The position numbers and the translations under genes were made by a program. Positions 30,148 to 50,436 of a stretch of 64,000 nucleotides of DNA are shown piece by piece. This DNA comes from the human T2T-CHM13v2.0 reference genome, Homo sapiens. The notes under the pieces were generated by a model. It searched no databases. It was not told the DNA's origin and worked only from the letters and a program-made list of their open reading frames with translations. How positions within the stretch are numbered: the stretch's first letter is position 1; every line of letters starts with the position of its first letter. Where the stretch lies: the NCBI RefSeq assembly GCF_009914755.1, contig NC_060925.1; one strand, 5' to 3'.

Positions 30148-31303
30148 CTGGGATAGGGCGGGGAAGGAGAGAGACAAAGAAACGCACACAGCAAGGTTTG
30201 TGCTGGGACCAATAAATTCCTGATCCTTACCCAAATACCTAGCCTCCCAGGAACACTTCAGTCTACCCTTTGAAATGCCCACTGCTGCACACACAGTCCA
30301 CCCTGACTTGAAGAAACCATTTATCAGATCTCAGATGTGCCTAATGTCTCTCTCAGCCACAGATTTCAAAATGTACTAACTTTCCCTGAGTTCCATTCAG
30401 GGCCCTCCAAATTCATTCACTCCTCAAAACCCCCAAATAATCACTGACCCTCCCATACAAGCTGGTAACTCAAATCCATTCACAAACTACACTCCTTTCT
30501 CCCAACATTTGCTCTTCCTTCAATTTCTCTACTGATTCCTGGCTACTCACAAACTTCCAAATCACTTAATCACCCCCCACATCTGTCACTGACCCTGATC
30601 TTTCCACAGAACCCCAATGTGCTCAGTAACCTCATAATCTACTCATCTGACCCTTGATCATTAAAAGTGTCCTCCAAACTACCCAGGGACCACTGAAGTC
30701 TATCTGCTCTATGACCGCCCCACATGCCTTCCACTCAGTAGTTTCTCTCAGTGGGCCTCAAATTCATAGCGAGTTTGCAGCAACGAGTAGAGTGTAGGGG
30801 ACTGGGAAAGGTCTGACAATCATAAGTTCAAGGAGGAAAGGAGGAGTATGGAGTTAAACTTCTGTGTGAGGGAACAGTGCCCAACCCCGTGTCACTCTTG
30901 TCCCCCTGTCCCCTGGGGGCAAGACAGCTGAGCTGGGCTGGGGCTGAGTACGGTGAGGGAGAGGTATTTTGGACCCACACTCCTGCTTTGAAGTAGAAGT
31001 GAGTTAAAGCTGGGAGGTTAGGGAAAGGCAGGAAGAGAAAGAAGAAAAATGAGACAAAGAGAGACAAAGAGGGAGAAGGCTAGAGAGAAAAGTAAGGGCT
31101 ATTCTGTTTCTAAAAGCTGCCGACCTGGGGGTCTGGACAAGTCCCTCTCCTCCTTACCCACCTTCCTCTTCCCTGCTCCTAGCTTCACACAGAGCTTCCA
31201 AGACTCATACCCTTTTGGGAAGCACACGTCACGTGTGTGAGTTCACACACATGTACCTAAGAGGTGTGCCTTTATCTAAATAATACTTATGGGGCCAATC
31301 TAA

Positions 31304-32005
<702 letters not shown>

Positions 32006-33899
32006 TAAGAAGGAAAATTTGCTTGTTTCCTCTTGTCTTCAGACCTCTTAGCAGTTATGAAGTCCTACCTGTTGTCCAGCCCACATCCTTGCTGCTTTAA
32101 TGTCAGTAAATGATTGTTCTATTTTCGAGGTATGGAGGGTCACAAAACAGTGAACTCCCCTCTCCTACCATTTCTACTCACATATCGTTTGATGGGCACC
32201 TGGGTTCTGGCCGTAAGTTTTGGGTCCAAAAACTTAAATGAGAGCTAGGTATCTTTAGCGGTTGGGGTTGGGGTGAGGAGGACAGGCCAAGGCATCGAGT
32301 AAGAAGAAACGCTAGAGGCCTGGAGGTGCAAAGCTGGTGGTGGGTCTCTTCCTGGGTTCTGCAACCCCAAAGAAGCATCTCTTGAAGGGAAGACCCACTG
32401 GGCTTCACCTTCCTAGAGGTCAAACAGAGGAGCACTAACACTGCAGCAGGAGGAGGGAGGTTAGACAAGAGGGAGGACTTCCATATACTTGACTGAGGGG
32501 CAGGCTTATCTTTTGTGAATAAAAATCCCCTTACTTTTATGAGGGACAAGCCCATCTGATGCGGAGGCAGAAGAGGAAAGAATGACTCCATTAAATTCCG
32601 GGGCCTCCCAAGACCACCCCCACACCCAAGAAAAGATAGCAATGTCCGTCCCCACCCAATTCCAGGGCTTTGGATCCCCAGTTTCTGACAAGAGGAAATC
32701 CAACTTTCTAAATCAGAAATCTCAAGAGATGGAGTGCCCCAGGGGGATGAGGGCTGTGCAGGGGAGTGGCATCTTCCCCTCCTCCATTCTGGATCTCTCC
32801 GTGAAATCCCCCTAACCCCCAGCACTCCCAGTGGATAAGGTGGGATGTGGAGTAGGGGCCCCCCTGGCCCGCCTCCCCTTTTCCTCTGCCAGAAGCTGGC
32901 CTCCTCCCGCACTCCCAGCCGGAATGCAGCTCCTCTATTGTTCCCCACTGTGGGACAGCTCCTCCCCCACCCCACACCTCCCCAGCCCAGCCTCTTTGCA
33001 ATTTCCAAATCCTGCCCCCCACACTCTCCTTTGAGAAGCCAGGAGAGGGAAGGGTCCCCAAGATCCCGTCTGCTCAATTTGGACCTTCACCAACACCCCC
33101 ACTCACCCACCCAGGGATGCTGGAGCAGCAGAGGGTGTGGTACCAGACATACTACGCTGGATTAATTCTGCACCCCCTCCCAACACACCCAGACACACGC
33201 CCTCCACCAAATTTCCAGGTGAAGGTTTCTTACCCCCCAGCATTCCCCCTCCTACCCTGTCCTACTCTTTCACTACCAGAGACCCCTCTCTAGGCCTCTG
33301 GCCCAAGGCCGTGGCCAGCCCAGAACAAAAGCCAGAGAGGGAAGAGGAGAGGTCCAAGCCAGGACGTAGCACTTCCTTGGAGACACCCCTTCCAAAACCC
33401 CAGAGACAATCCAACTTTGGGGTGTGGGTGACCACAGGACCCCCTCCTCTCAGCAGCCCCCCTCACCGCCTCTTCCCCAGGCTGGGACCCTCCCCTGGGC
33501 CACACCCCCTTCCATTCCTACACTCAGCCCAACAAAGAGACAGATACTCAGTCTGGCTTCGAGGGCCAGGTCTCCCCCAAAGTCTGTAACTCCAGGCGGC
33601 TGGGGGCCCCAGGGATGCCCCCTCCCCAGCCTAGGAGCAGATACCAGAGTACAGGCTTCTGAGTAACTCTTTGCACATTCCGTCAGTTTTTCTGGTTAGG
33701 AGTGGACACCCCCTCAGGACAGCCTCCCTGGATTGGGAGACCGATCCCCTCCCCTTTCCCTCTTCCAGTGCGAGGATATTTCTTTGTCTAAAGGCAGAGT
33801 CCTGGGGGAGGAAGGATCTGGAGAACCGTCCCGACTAGGGGTAACGGGGAACTTTGTGGCACTTTGAAATCAGGGTAGGGGGCGGGTCCCCCTTTGTGG

Positions 33900-35760
33900 G
33901 GAAGGGACAGAGCCGGAGGCGGGCAAGAAGGGAAGAAATGAACTTTCCGCGCTAGGGACGAGGGTGCCCCCACTACAGTCCCTCTCAGTGGTCCCGGCGC
34001 CCCGCTTACCTTGCCTGCCCACGATCTCGGCCACGTGCTCGGAGGTGGGCACGGGAACACACTCCGTGGTGTTGCTGCTGCCCTTCAGGCGCAGCTCGGC
34101 CTCTTTGTAGAGAGCGCAGAGCTTGGCGTCGCTCGCCCCTTTGGGGGCGGTGGGGGGCTGGGGCGTCTGCGCTGCGGGGGCCGCCGTCGGGGCGGCCGGG
34201 GGCGCCGCGGGCGGCGGCGGCGGGGCCGGCTGCGGGGGGGCGGCCGGCTGCGCGGGGGCGCCGCCCCCCCCACCTCCCCCGTCCTCGCCCGCCGTGGGGG
34301 CGGGGGGCTCCCCCAAACCCAGGAGGCAGAGTTGATCGAGAGCCAGCTGAAGGGCGCGCTCGTCTTCCAGCAGCCCTCGGTCCTTAGCGCTTCCCCCGAA
34401 ACATCCTAGTTCTCCAAAGCCCCCATTTCTTTCCATTATTCCAGATACCACTAGACTAGGCATGGCGAAACAAAAGCTGGGGGAGAGAGAGAGGGAGAGA
34501 GAGAGAGAGAGGTGGTGGAAGGGAAAAGAGGAGAGAGGAGGGGAGGGGAGAGGAGAGGAGGGGGTGTGTGGGGAGGGGGGAACAAAGAACTGGGGAGGGG
34601 GGAAGAAAGCGAGATAGAAAGATAGACCCTCCCCCTAAGCCCCCCTCCCCAAACACCCTGTAACCCGACTCCCCTCGCCCCAGCCCCCGGGGTGGGGGTG
34701 GGGGGAAAGAGAAGCAAAACCAAGAAAGCAGATCTCCTCTCCTCTCCGGGGGTGACGGGGGGCGGGGGGCTGCAGGATCTCTGCCCCCACCCCTCCCGCC
34801 TCGGACCTGGGAGTCTCTAGCCCCCGCTGTCCAGGCGCCCCCGTTAGGCTCCCGCACCGAGCCCCAGTCCGGGAGCGGCGCTCAGTGGCCCCCAATAGAG
34901 CCCAGCCCCTTCCAGCGCTCAAACTCTTTTGTTTTAAATGAACTGGATGGAGCAGCATGGAACTGACGGGAGGGGGGCGCGCCGGGGGCGCCCGGGGCAT
35001 GCCGGGAGTTGTAGTTTCCCGCCCTTGGGGGCGCGGGGACAAATTCCTTGACCCGAGGAGGATAGGGATGTGGCCTTCGGTCTTTCCTCGCAGCTCCGGG
35101 GCAAGCTAGGAGTGGGATGGAAGTCGAGGTCCCTAATTTTTTAAGGGGAGGGTGCGGGGAGAAGGGGTAGTATGCGGAAACAGAGCGGGTATGAAGCTGG
35201 CTAACGCCGCGCGCCCCCTCCCAGGACCCGCTCCTGCCCCGCGCCGGCCGGTCCTGGGGGCCCGCTTTTTTATGGAAATGAGGAGGGGGGGCCGGGGCCG
35301 GGGGCGGGGAGCCGGGAGCCGTCCCCGCTCGCTCACTGCGGCTTTCTCTCTCGCTCCCCTCTCCCCGCTCCCTGCCGCGCTCACTCTCCGCTTCCCCCTC
35401 CCGCTCTCCCAGAGTCGATCCCGGAGCCCGGCCGCGGGGAGAGGTTCTCGGCAGAGAAGACAAAGCCCGCAGCAGCGATGGGGGGAGAGCTGGGCTCTGC
35501 GTGTTGTGGGGGCCAGGAAAGGGTGCCAGGCTGGGGCTGGAACCCCCTGGCAAAGGATGGGGTCCCCTCATCCCTAAACAGCAAGCCATCTCCCCTCGCC
35601 CGCCCCCCGCCCCCCCAGTCTCGGAGATCTCAGAGGCACCGACTGGGAGGTGAGTTAGTTCACGTCCTTCTGCTCGGTGGAGGGGGTCGGGAGGGCGGTG
35701 GAGTGATGAAGTGCAGAGGTTGAAGGAGTGCAGGGACAGAACTGGGGGTCGGACGGAGAG
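33900..35760. promoter_or_regulatory. CpG island promoter of MEX3A, probably bidirectional with a distal LMNA start
   Basis: CpG-dense, GC boxes, ZNF143 motif 34997-35015 (-), strong + strand donor GAG|GTGAGT at 35649/35650. Confidence 0.85.
34010..34463 (-). CDS. MEX3A: MEX3A coding exon 1 (NES-like LQLALDQLCLLGL, Pro/Ala-rich stretch, start of KH1)
   Basis: gccATG at 34463, 454 nt, gtaagc donor; TECVPVPTSEHVAEIVGRQG is the MEX-3 KH1 signature. Confidence 0.97.
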
Positions 35761-35985
35761 TGGGCAGGCAGGAAAAGTCTTAAAGGCCTGGGGTGACTTA
35801 ACCGTTTGGGGTGAGGGCCTTGAGCTTTGGATATGACAGGAGGGAGGAGAGACCAGGATGGACTGGGAACCCAGGCTTCCTTCAGGCCTGGGCTGTGAAT
35901 ACAGCTTGGGGTGATCTGTCCTTTAGCACTCATCGTAATTTCCACTCTGTTTCCTCCACCTCTCTCCCATTGAAAACCTATTCAG

Positions 35986-36282
35986 GGCCGGGCGCGGTGG
36001 CTCACGCCTGTAATCCCAGCACTTCGGGAGGCAGAGGCGGGTGGATCACCTGAGGTCAGGAGTTCGAGACCAGCCTGACCAACAAGGTGAAACCTCGTCT
36101 CTACTAAAAATACAAAAATTAGCCGAGCATGGTGGCAGACGCCTGTAGTCCCAGCTACTCAGGAGGCTGAGACAGGAGAATTGCTTGAACCCGGGAGGCG
36201 GAAGTTGCAGTGAGTCTAGATCGCAGAGTGAGACTCCGTCCCCCCCACAAAAAAACAAAAACAAAACAAACAAACAAAAAAA
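35986..36282 (+). mobile_element. AluS with internal deletion near its 3' end
   Basis: Sense dimer; TSD aaaacc(t/c)attcag. Confidence 0.93.
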
Positions 36283-38238
36283 CCCATTCAGTCCCGTTTG
36301 ACTCCGGAAATTCGGTGAGAATGAAAATAAGTTTTTAAGGCTTGGAGAGTTAGGCACTTTTAGAGTTTCAGGAAGGTGGAGTGTAATGCAATTTTTTCTT
36401 CTCCCTTTACCCCATATTTTCTGCATTTATTTTATATCACCCTTTTTATGTCTGGATCTTTCCCAAGGGAAGAAGGGATGGCACTGCAGCTTGAGGGCTC
36501 GAGGTCAGACTTGAAGAAGAACTTCCATAAAGAGTTTTATAATAGTGGGTGGGTGAGCCACAGTGGTAAGGTGTCCTTTTCTGGAGTGACTTGAAAAACA
36601 AAAATCTGAACTAGTTTGTAAGATAAAGTCCTGCTGAGAGGCAAGGAAACAGATGAATTGACTTCACAGACTTAGCAATGTGGGGCCTTGAGGGCTGAGC
36701 TGTTTAGTCCAGTTCCCTAAACTGTTTCTTGGAAAGAGTGAATTTGCACACTAATGGGAGTGCTGGAACCTGAGCTGAGGATCTCAGAAGGTTGGGGGGG
36801 GGGGGGGGCAGTTGGCACACTGCAGGGATTTTTTTCCTTTGCTAGGCAGAAGATCCAGGGAAGGAGAACCTTGACTGAGGAACCCGGGAGGGTCCTGGAG
36901 TTGGGGAAGTTTGCCCCCTGGACTGGGGATTTAACATAAGATCAACAGTAAACCTTATTGTGGGATTTGATGCTACTGCCACCAAGCAAGAGTGAAAGAG
37001 GAAGAATTAGAGAGACAGGGCCCTGGAGAGTGGGCTATTTCTGCCTCTTGTCCCCTCCGTCTGCCCCAGGAACCTGGATTGCAGAGACTGTGGTACTGGG
37101 GACCATGGGGTCTCTTTGGGAGAAAGTTTTTGCTTTGTGGACCAGGTGACTATCTTTCACATAAATAGAAATAGCAAACAGTTGCATAGGTCTTATTGTG
37201 TGCTAGGCATTTTTGTGGGGCCACCAGCTGGCTGAGCCTTCCTGTCCCCACTGAAATGAGATTCCCCCCAGACTCCCACCCTGAACTTGCGCTGCCTCTG
37301 CTTTCCTCCTCACTAAGCTAATTAAGGCAGGAGGTTAATGACCAAAGAAGCCTTGGGGATTTGGCCAGGGAGGAAAACAAAGGGCAGAAACAAGTATGTG
37401 TCAGTGGGGAGGGTCCAGCTGCTGAATGGGGAAGGGGCTGGCTGAAAGGTGGGGTGGGCGAGGCAGGGTCCCTACTGGACCCACTTCGTCCCTGACCCAC
37501 CAACAAGAATGAATCAGCCCTCTGGGTAAGTTAATGTCCACCCTCAGGGTCCCACTGGGACTCCAGACAAATTTCCTTCACAGCAGATGTGAGCCTGGCA
37601 CCTGGAGGGCAAAGGATATGTGTGCGAATGCAGTTAGGTGTGTGGCATGGTGTACATGTGAGAGTGTGTGCTGCAGATCATGTAGGAGAGTGCCCAGGTG
37701 CAGAGGAGGCCCAGGGTGGGCACCTTGAGGAGCTGGATTCTCAGAGTGTTTTTTACGAATCCTTCGCTCTCTCCCGGAGGCTGGTGGCCTCCTTTGTTCA
37801 GGAGACCCCCTCCCTCAACTGAGAAGGTAGATTTCTGTATACAGGCTCTCCTTTTCCCTGCTTGCCTGATCCAGAATTATGGCAATGAGAGCAGAAGGTC
37901 TTACTTAAACAATACTCCCCACTCTCTGCCTTATGACCAGAAAGGTGTAGAGGTGGCATACTTCTCCCTTTCAGGACTTTGGAGGACAGCACTATGTCTC
38001 TCATCTTCATCATGGTCTCCAACCCTAGCTGCCCAGAACCTAGCATGCAGCCCTGTCCAGAGCAGAGGCTCAATAGGGGTATGTTGAGTGTAACTGCATT
38101 TTTAAAACTTCATGGTGTCAGGAGGAAAGAGCAGGTCTCCAAAGATAAACATGCTGCTTATTCTGCCACTTTGGGGAGTCATTTATTGCTAAGCCTCAGT
38201 TTCCTTATCTCTCAAATGGAAATAATAAGCCAAGGTCT

Positions 38239-38533
38239 GGCAGGGCATGGTGGCTCGTTCCTGTAATCCCAGCACTTTGGGAGGCCAAGGTGGGTGAATC
38301 ACTTGAGGCCACGAGTTCCAGACCAGCCTGGGCAACATGGCAAAACCCTGTCTCTACTAAAAATACAAAAATTAGCTGGGCATGGTGGTGCACACCTGTA
38401 ATCGCAGCTACTTGGGAGGCTGAGGCATGAGAGTTGCTTGAACCAGGAAGCAGAGGTTGCAGCCAAGATTGTGCCATTGCACTCCAGCCTGGGCAACAGA
38501 GGGAGACTCCGTCTCAAAAAATAAAATAAAATA
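38239..38533 (+). mobile_element. AluJ/S
   Basis: Sense dimer; TSD ataagccaaggtc. Confidence 0.92.
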
Positions 38534-38853
38534 AGCCAAGGTCCTAACACAGTGCCTGGCTATCTTAGGTGTTCAATCAGTTTTAGTTTCCTGGCCCTGG
38601 TTGTTCTCCCCTTGTGGTTGACTTTAGCCAGATTGTGGTCTTCATGAATTTTCATTCATTCGTTCATTCATTCAGCCAGCCACTTCCTATTGAGCTCCTG
38701 GGATGTGCCAGGCACTGGAGGAGATTTATTCTGACCCATCATAGGTCACTTGAAGTCACTTCTAGGTCTAGACTCGCTGAAATAAGGTCATTCTAAACAA
38801 ACAGCAAATAATTCTAAAAATAATTCCTGTTAAGCCCTGGAATGCAGGTGACC

Positions 38854-38858
<5 letters not shown>

Positions 38859-38888
<30 letters not shown>
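38859..38888. repeat. (CT)n microsatellite
   Basis: About 15 CT units. Confidence 0.95.
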
Positions 38889-38891
<3 letters not shown>

Positions 38892-39058
38892 GTCTTTCTT
38901 ACACAAGCCAGGCTTCTGGCCTCATGCCTGGGGAACAAAGGACCCTGTTGAGTTGTTTAGTACATACACACACACAAGCCAGGCTGCAGGGCAGGAAAGG
39001 TGACACAGTGGAGAGTCCAGGATTCTTGTGGAGGTTGGGGGAGGAGTGGGGTGGATGA

Positions 39059-42193
<3,135 letters not shown>

Positions 42194-42937
42194 TAGGTTT
42201 GGAGATGGACAAACGTCTCTGCTTCTCCCCTGGGACTACACTGGCACTTCCTCTGCCAGGTCCCCTGCATTGTCTGATTTCCCCAGGGAGAGTAGCTCAG
42301 AGGGGCTGGGGTGGAGTCTGGGCCCCTTAGGACAGCTGGTTGATGAGGCCCCTCTGGGACTTAGGGCTGGACCCAGGCGTCCAGGAGGCGGGTGATACTG
42401 GAGCTGTGACAGTTGGTCCCCAGATTCCACACCCAGTGGCGCCAGCTCTGGTTTCGAGCTGCGGTGAGGGAGGGGGAGGGGCACCTGGTGCCAGCCAGGG
42501 GCTGGATGCTGTCTTGGGGCAGGGAGGGGGAGGCAGTAAACATGTCCTTCCTAGGTTGTTGAGGATTTTCTAATTGCCCTCTCTGTGCCAGGCACTGTGC
42601 AAGGTACTAACGAGATTCTGCAATGCAAGATGCAGTCTGGCACAGATGAATTGACAGCATACAGTATAGAATTAGAATGTCAGAGCTGGACTAGAAGTTG
42701 AATGAATGAATGAGTAGGGGAATGAGTGAATGAATAGTTCATCAGTTACCTAATGCACTCATTTTACAGAGGAGACTGAGGCCCAGAGAACCCGAGTCCT
42801 GTGACTCCCTTCTGCTTTCTGATCTGTCATGCTTCCTTTTTCAGGAAAGGGAAGCAAAAGGCAGAGAGAGGGGTGGGAAGGGACTTGACGTTTCCTGAGT
42901 GCATGTTTGGTGCCAGGCTCTGTTCTGGTCTTTTCAG

Positions 42938-43049
42938 ACTTGATGTAATTGTCTTCACAATTCTGTGAAGATGGACTTGGTGTCTCTGCTTCACATGAAG
43001 GGACCTGAGGTTCAGAGAGGCTAAGTAACTTTCCTAGGTCACAGAGCTG
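42938..43049 (+). other. LMNA: Candidate 112-nt non-coding 5'UTR exon of a distal LMNA transcript, inside an antisense MIR
   Basis: Acceptor tggtcttttcag| and consensus donor CTG|GTAAGT seen directly; LMNA assignment rests on recalled locus structure, not on sequence in this window. Confidence 0.6.
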
Positions 43050-43344
43050 GTAAGTAGAGACTTTAGTGTTCAAAACCAGAGCAGTCTGACCCCAGAGCCT
43101 GGGACCCCAGAGGTAGACAGTGATACTCAGTGAGTGCTTGGAGCCCACAGAGGGTGGAGGGAGTGGTTCCTGGATGAAGTAGATCTGAAGGGTGGGTGAG
43201 GTTCATTTGAAAGGCGAGAATTGGAGGCATGTCTGGAAGTTGGTGCTGGAGGTGCCCAGGGAGACTTGCTGGTTGAGCAGGTGGCCGGCTTGCATGGATC
43301 TTGGGGAGCAGGGGACAGGTTCAAAGAAACACATCTTTAAACAT

Positions 43345-43362
43345 TGGCCACCAGGTGGCGCC
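43345..43362 (+). promoter_or_regulatory. CTCF motif TGGCCACCAGGTGGCGCC
   Basis: Near-perfect match to the CTCF core consensus. Confidence 0.8.
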
Positions 43363-43787
43363 GCAGGCCAATTCCTAGAAGCGGCTCCAGCCTCAGCGCC
43401 CTCACTAGGGCCCAGGTATGACTTCGCTGCTCAGCCAGGGCTCCATGCTCGGCTTGCTTCCTCAGGTGTCATCTCCAGCTTCCGCTTGCCCCTGGCTTCT
43501 GGCATCCAACACATGGGGGATAATGATGCTACCAGTCGTTTCCTGACTCGGGACGAACACCCAGGTAGCTGAGACCTGGGAATCCCCGTGGGTCTGAGCA
43601 GCTCCCCCGGTCACCCGGAGACCCCTCCAGTCGCCTAAACCTGGCTTCATGTCCAGCGCCCTTCTGAGTTTCTGGGAGACACTGTTCAGAGGACAGGCTG
43701 AGGAAACAGGCATTTGAGTCCAACTGACCTGGGTCTGAAGGGAAATAATAATATCTACCTTGTAAGGATTTAAAACATTTCATCTAT

Positions 43788-48136
<4,349 letters not shown>

Positions 48137-49246
48137 TAACGCCAACATCCTTGTACTAGGCCCTCTTCCAGCTCCCCCAGGAGTCTGGGGGTTAGAGGTC
48201 AGGCTGCTCCCCACTCTATTACCTCCCCACACTTCTAATTAATTCTTGTGTTCAGTCCCAGAACCTGGAGAGTTACACTCAGGCTGCCTGGTCCTGCTTA
48301 TTGCCCATATCCTAGAGGCACTTGCATGCCCTTCCAGGCGGGTAACTGTACATGTCTCTCCCAGGCAGCCTTCACAGACTACTCAGGGGTATGGATTGGC
48401 TCCAGCTCTGACACTCAGACCTGAGCAGAGGCGTGATCTACTCTGGCCTCCTGTGTTTCTGTGCCCCACCTTCCCACACTGCCCAGGGCTCCCTGAGAGT
48501 GATGCTGAGTCTAGTCTCAGCTTTTATGTTGCTTTGCTTTTGACCTCTGACCCAACACATGCCTCCTTTCCCTCTGAAGTCTTGATTTTCTCCCTGGCTT
48601 TTCTCCACCTTCTGGGTGTTCCTTTTTGGCCTTCTTTGCCCATCTCTCCTCCTCTGTCTACACAGCCAGGGGCTCCCCCTTCCGTTTCCTCTGCCTGGAA
48701 CACACTTGCTTCTCCCTTTCTGACTGGCTATTCAAGCAGGATCCTGTAGGTGGGTGGCAGTGCACTGTGTATTACCTGTGAGCCCTATGCAAATTACCGC
48801 ACATCTCTGAACCTGTTTTCCCATCTATAAAGTGAAGCTAATAGTAGCAATTACCTCATGGGATTGTTGTGCAATTAGTGGGAAGAGGCATGTAAAGTAC
48901 TGACATACTGTCTAGTACACAGAAAGTGCTTAATAAATGTTGGTGATTATTATCCAGGACTCAGCTTAATCATCCCTTCCTCAGGCAGGCCTGCCACACA
49001 ACCGCAGACCGGGTTAGGTGCCGGGTTTTCTGCTCCCCAGCGTTTGGAGGCACTCATCACACATTAATTACTTTATCCATGAAGATGAAAGCTGTCTTTG
49101 GCACCCAGATGGTACTGAGTAAATATCTGTGAATGAATGAATGATGTGGAATGTCTCCTCTGGAAGGACACAGTCAGGGCCTCCTGCCACTCAGGACTAG
49201 CCTGGATGCACCCACAGGGAAGGAGAAGGTGGGGCTGGTCTCCGCT

Positions 49247-49265
49247 GGGCCAGCAGGTGGCGCCA
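49247..49265 (+). promoter_or_regulatory. CTCF motif GGGCCAGCAGGTGGCGCCA
   Basis: Near-perfect match to the CTCF core consensus. Confidence 0.8.
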
Positions 49266-50397
49266 GGGCCTGTCGGTCTCTCCCCTTGGCCACCTCCCTT
49301 GCGCTTGCTCATCTCATGCCCAGGCGCTGAGGGTTCTCAGCTGGGGCAGGAGAGATGGGGTCCTGAGGCCTGGGTGAAGTTCCAAGCCCTGGGGCTCGGG
49401 GGCAGACTCTCGCTCACCCCTCCCAGAAAGATGTTTTCCTAGGGGATGTCCAGCCTAACACGGCAGGGAAGGAAGTGGTGGTCACCTGGGAAAGGGGCCA
49501 ACCTGAGAGGTTGGGGGTCCTGATGAGGCTGCTATTCTCTTGAGGACATGAAATGAGAGGCGGTGAAGTCAGTCAGTGAGTCAAAAGCTGAGATCTAGGA
49601 ACCAGACACAATGTGGGAGAAGCTGCGGTGAAATCAATCAGTGAGAGAGGAAGGGGAGGCCCGGTTTCCATGACAACGGTAGTGTTTGTGGCAAGCTGGG
49701 GACTCCTGGGTCCCCAGGGCCCGCAAGCAGTGATTCACCACAGGAAAGGGAAGGCTGCAGAGTGACCTGGTGCTGGGGACCGGATGCCTTGTGGCTCCTT
49801 CTCACTGCTGAGCATGCATTCCCCCAGCCCAGGCCTTGGATCTCTGCTCTGCCAGCTACTGGCAGGGAAACTGAGGGATGGCAGAACTGAGCCCCAATAA
49901 GGGGCAGGCGCTTTGCTCCACGCCGTACATGCACATATCACTTATATCACTTATTGCTCACAACAGTCCTATGGAATTACCGTTATCCCTGTTTTATCAA
50001 AGAGGAAACTCTCAGCCTGGCCCACGGTGCCATGGGCAGGACATGAGTGGCAGAGCCAGGATTGGAACCCAGGCTAGCCTGACTCTTTACCATGCTTGGG
50101 AAGGCCCAGAAAGCAGAAAAGGAAGAGCAGGAGCATGAGAGTTAGAGGATGGTTCAGACCCCAGAGGAGATGGACCCCAAGGCCCCTAGCCTCCCTGCCT
50201 GCCCTGCCCTATGCGAGCCCAACACTGATACGGAGGAAAGCTGGCCAACTGCATGGCCTAATGTGGGCCAGAACCTGGGCAGCCAGCCTACCTCTCACTC
50301 TCCTCCAAGCCCAAGAGAGTAGGCCCCAGTTCCAGTCCATCCAACTGGATGGTAGCTCCCCCACCGTTTTCTCTCTGCCCTGGTCCTAGGGGCAGGG

Positions 50398-50436
50398 GTG
50401 CGTGTGCGTGTGTGCGTGCGTGTGTGTGTGTGTGTG
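50398..50436. repeat. (TG/CG)n alternating purine-pyrimidine repeat
   Basis: gtgcgtgtgcgtgtgtgcgtgcgtgtgtg... Confidence 0.9.

Noticed and set aside
32178-33077. 299-aa ORF in the MEX3A intron
   Set aside because: TTG start, no domain, composition follows G-rich intronic DNA
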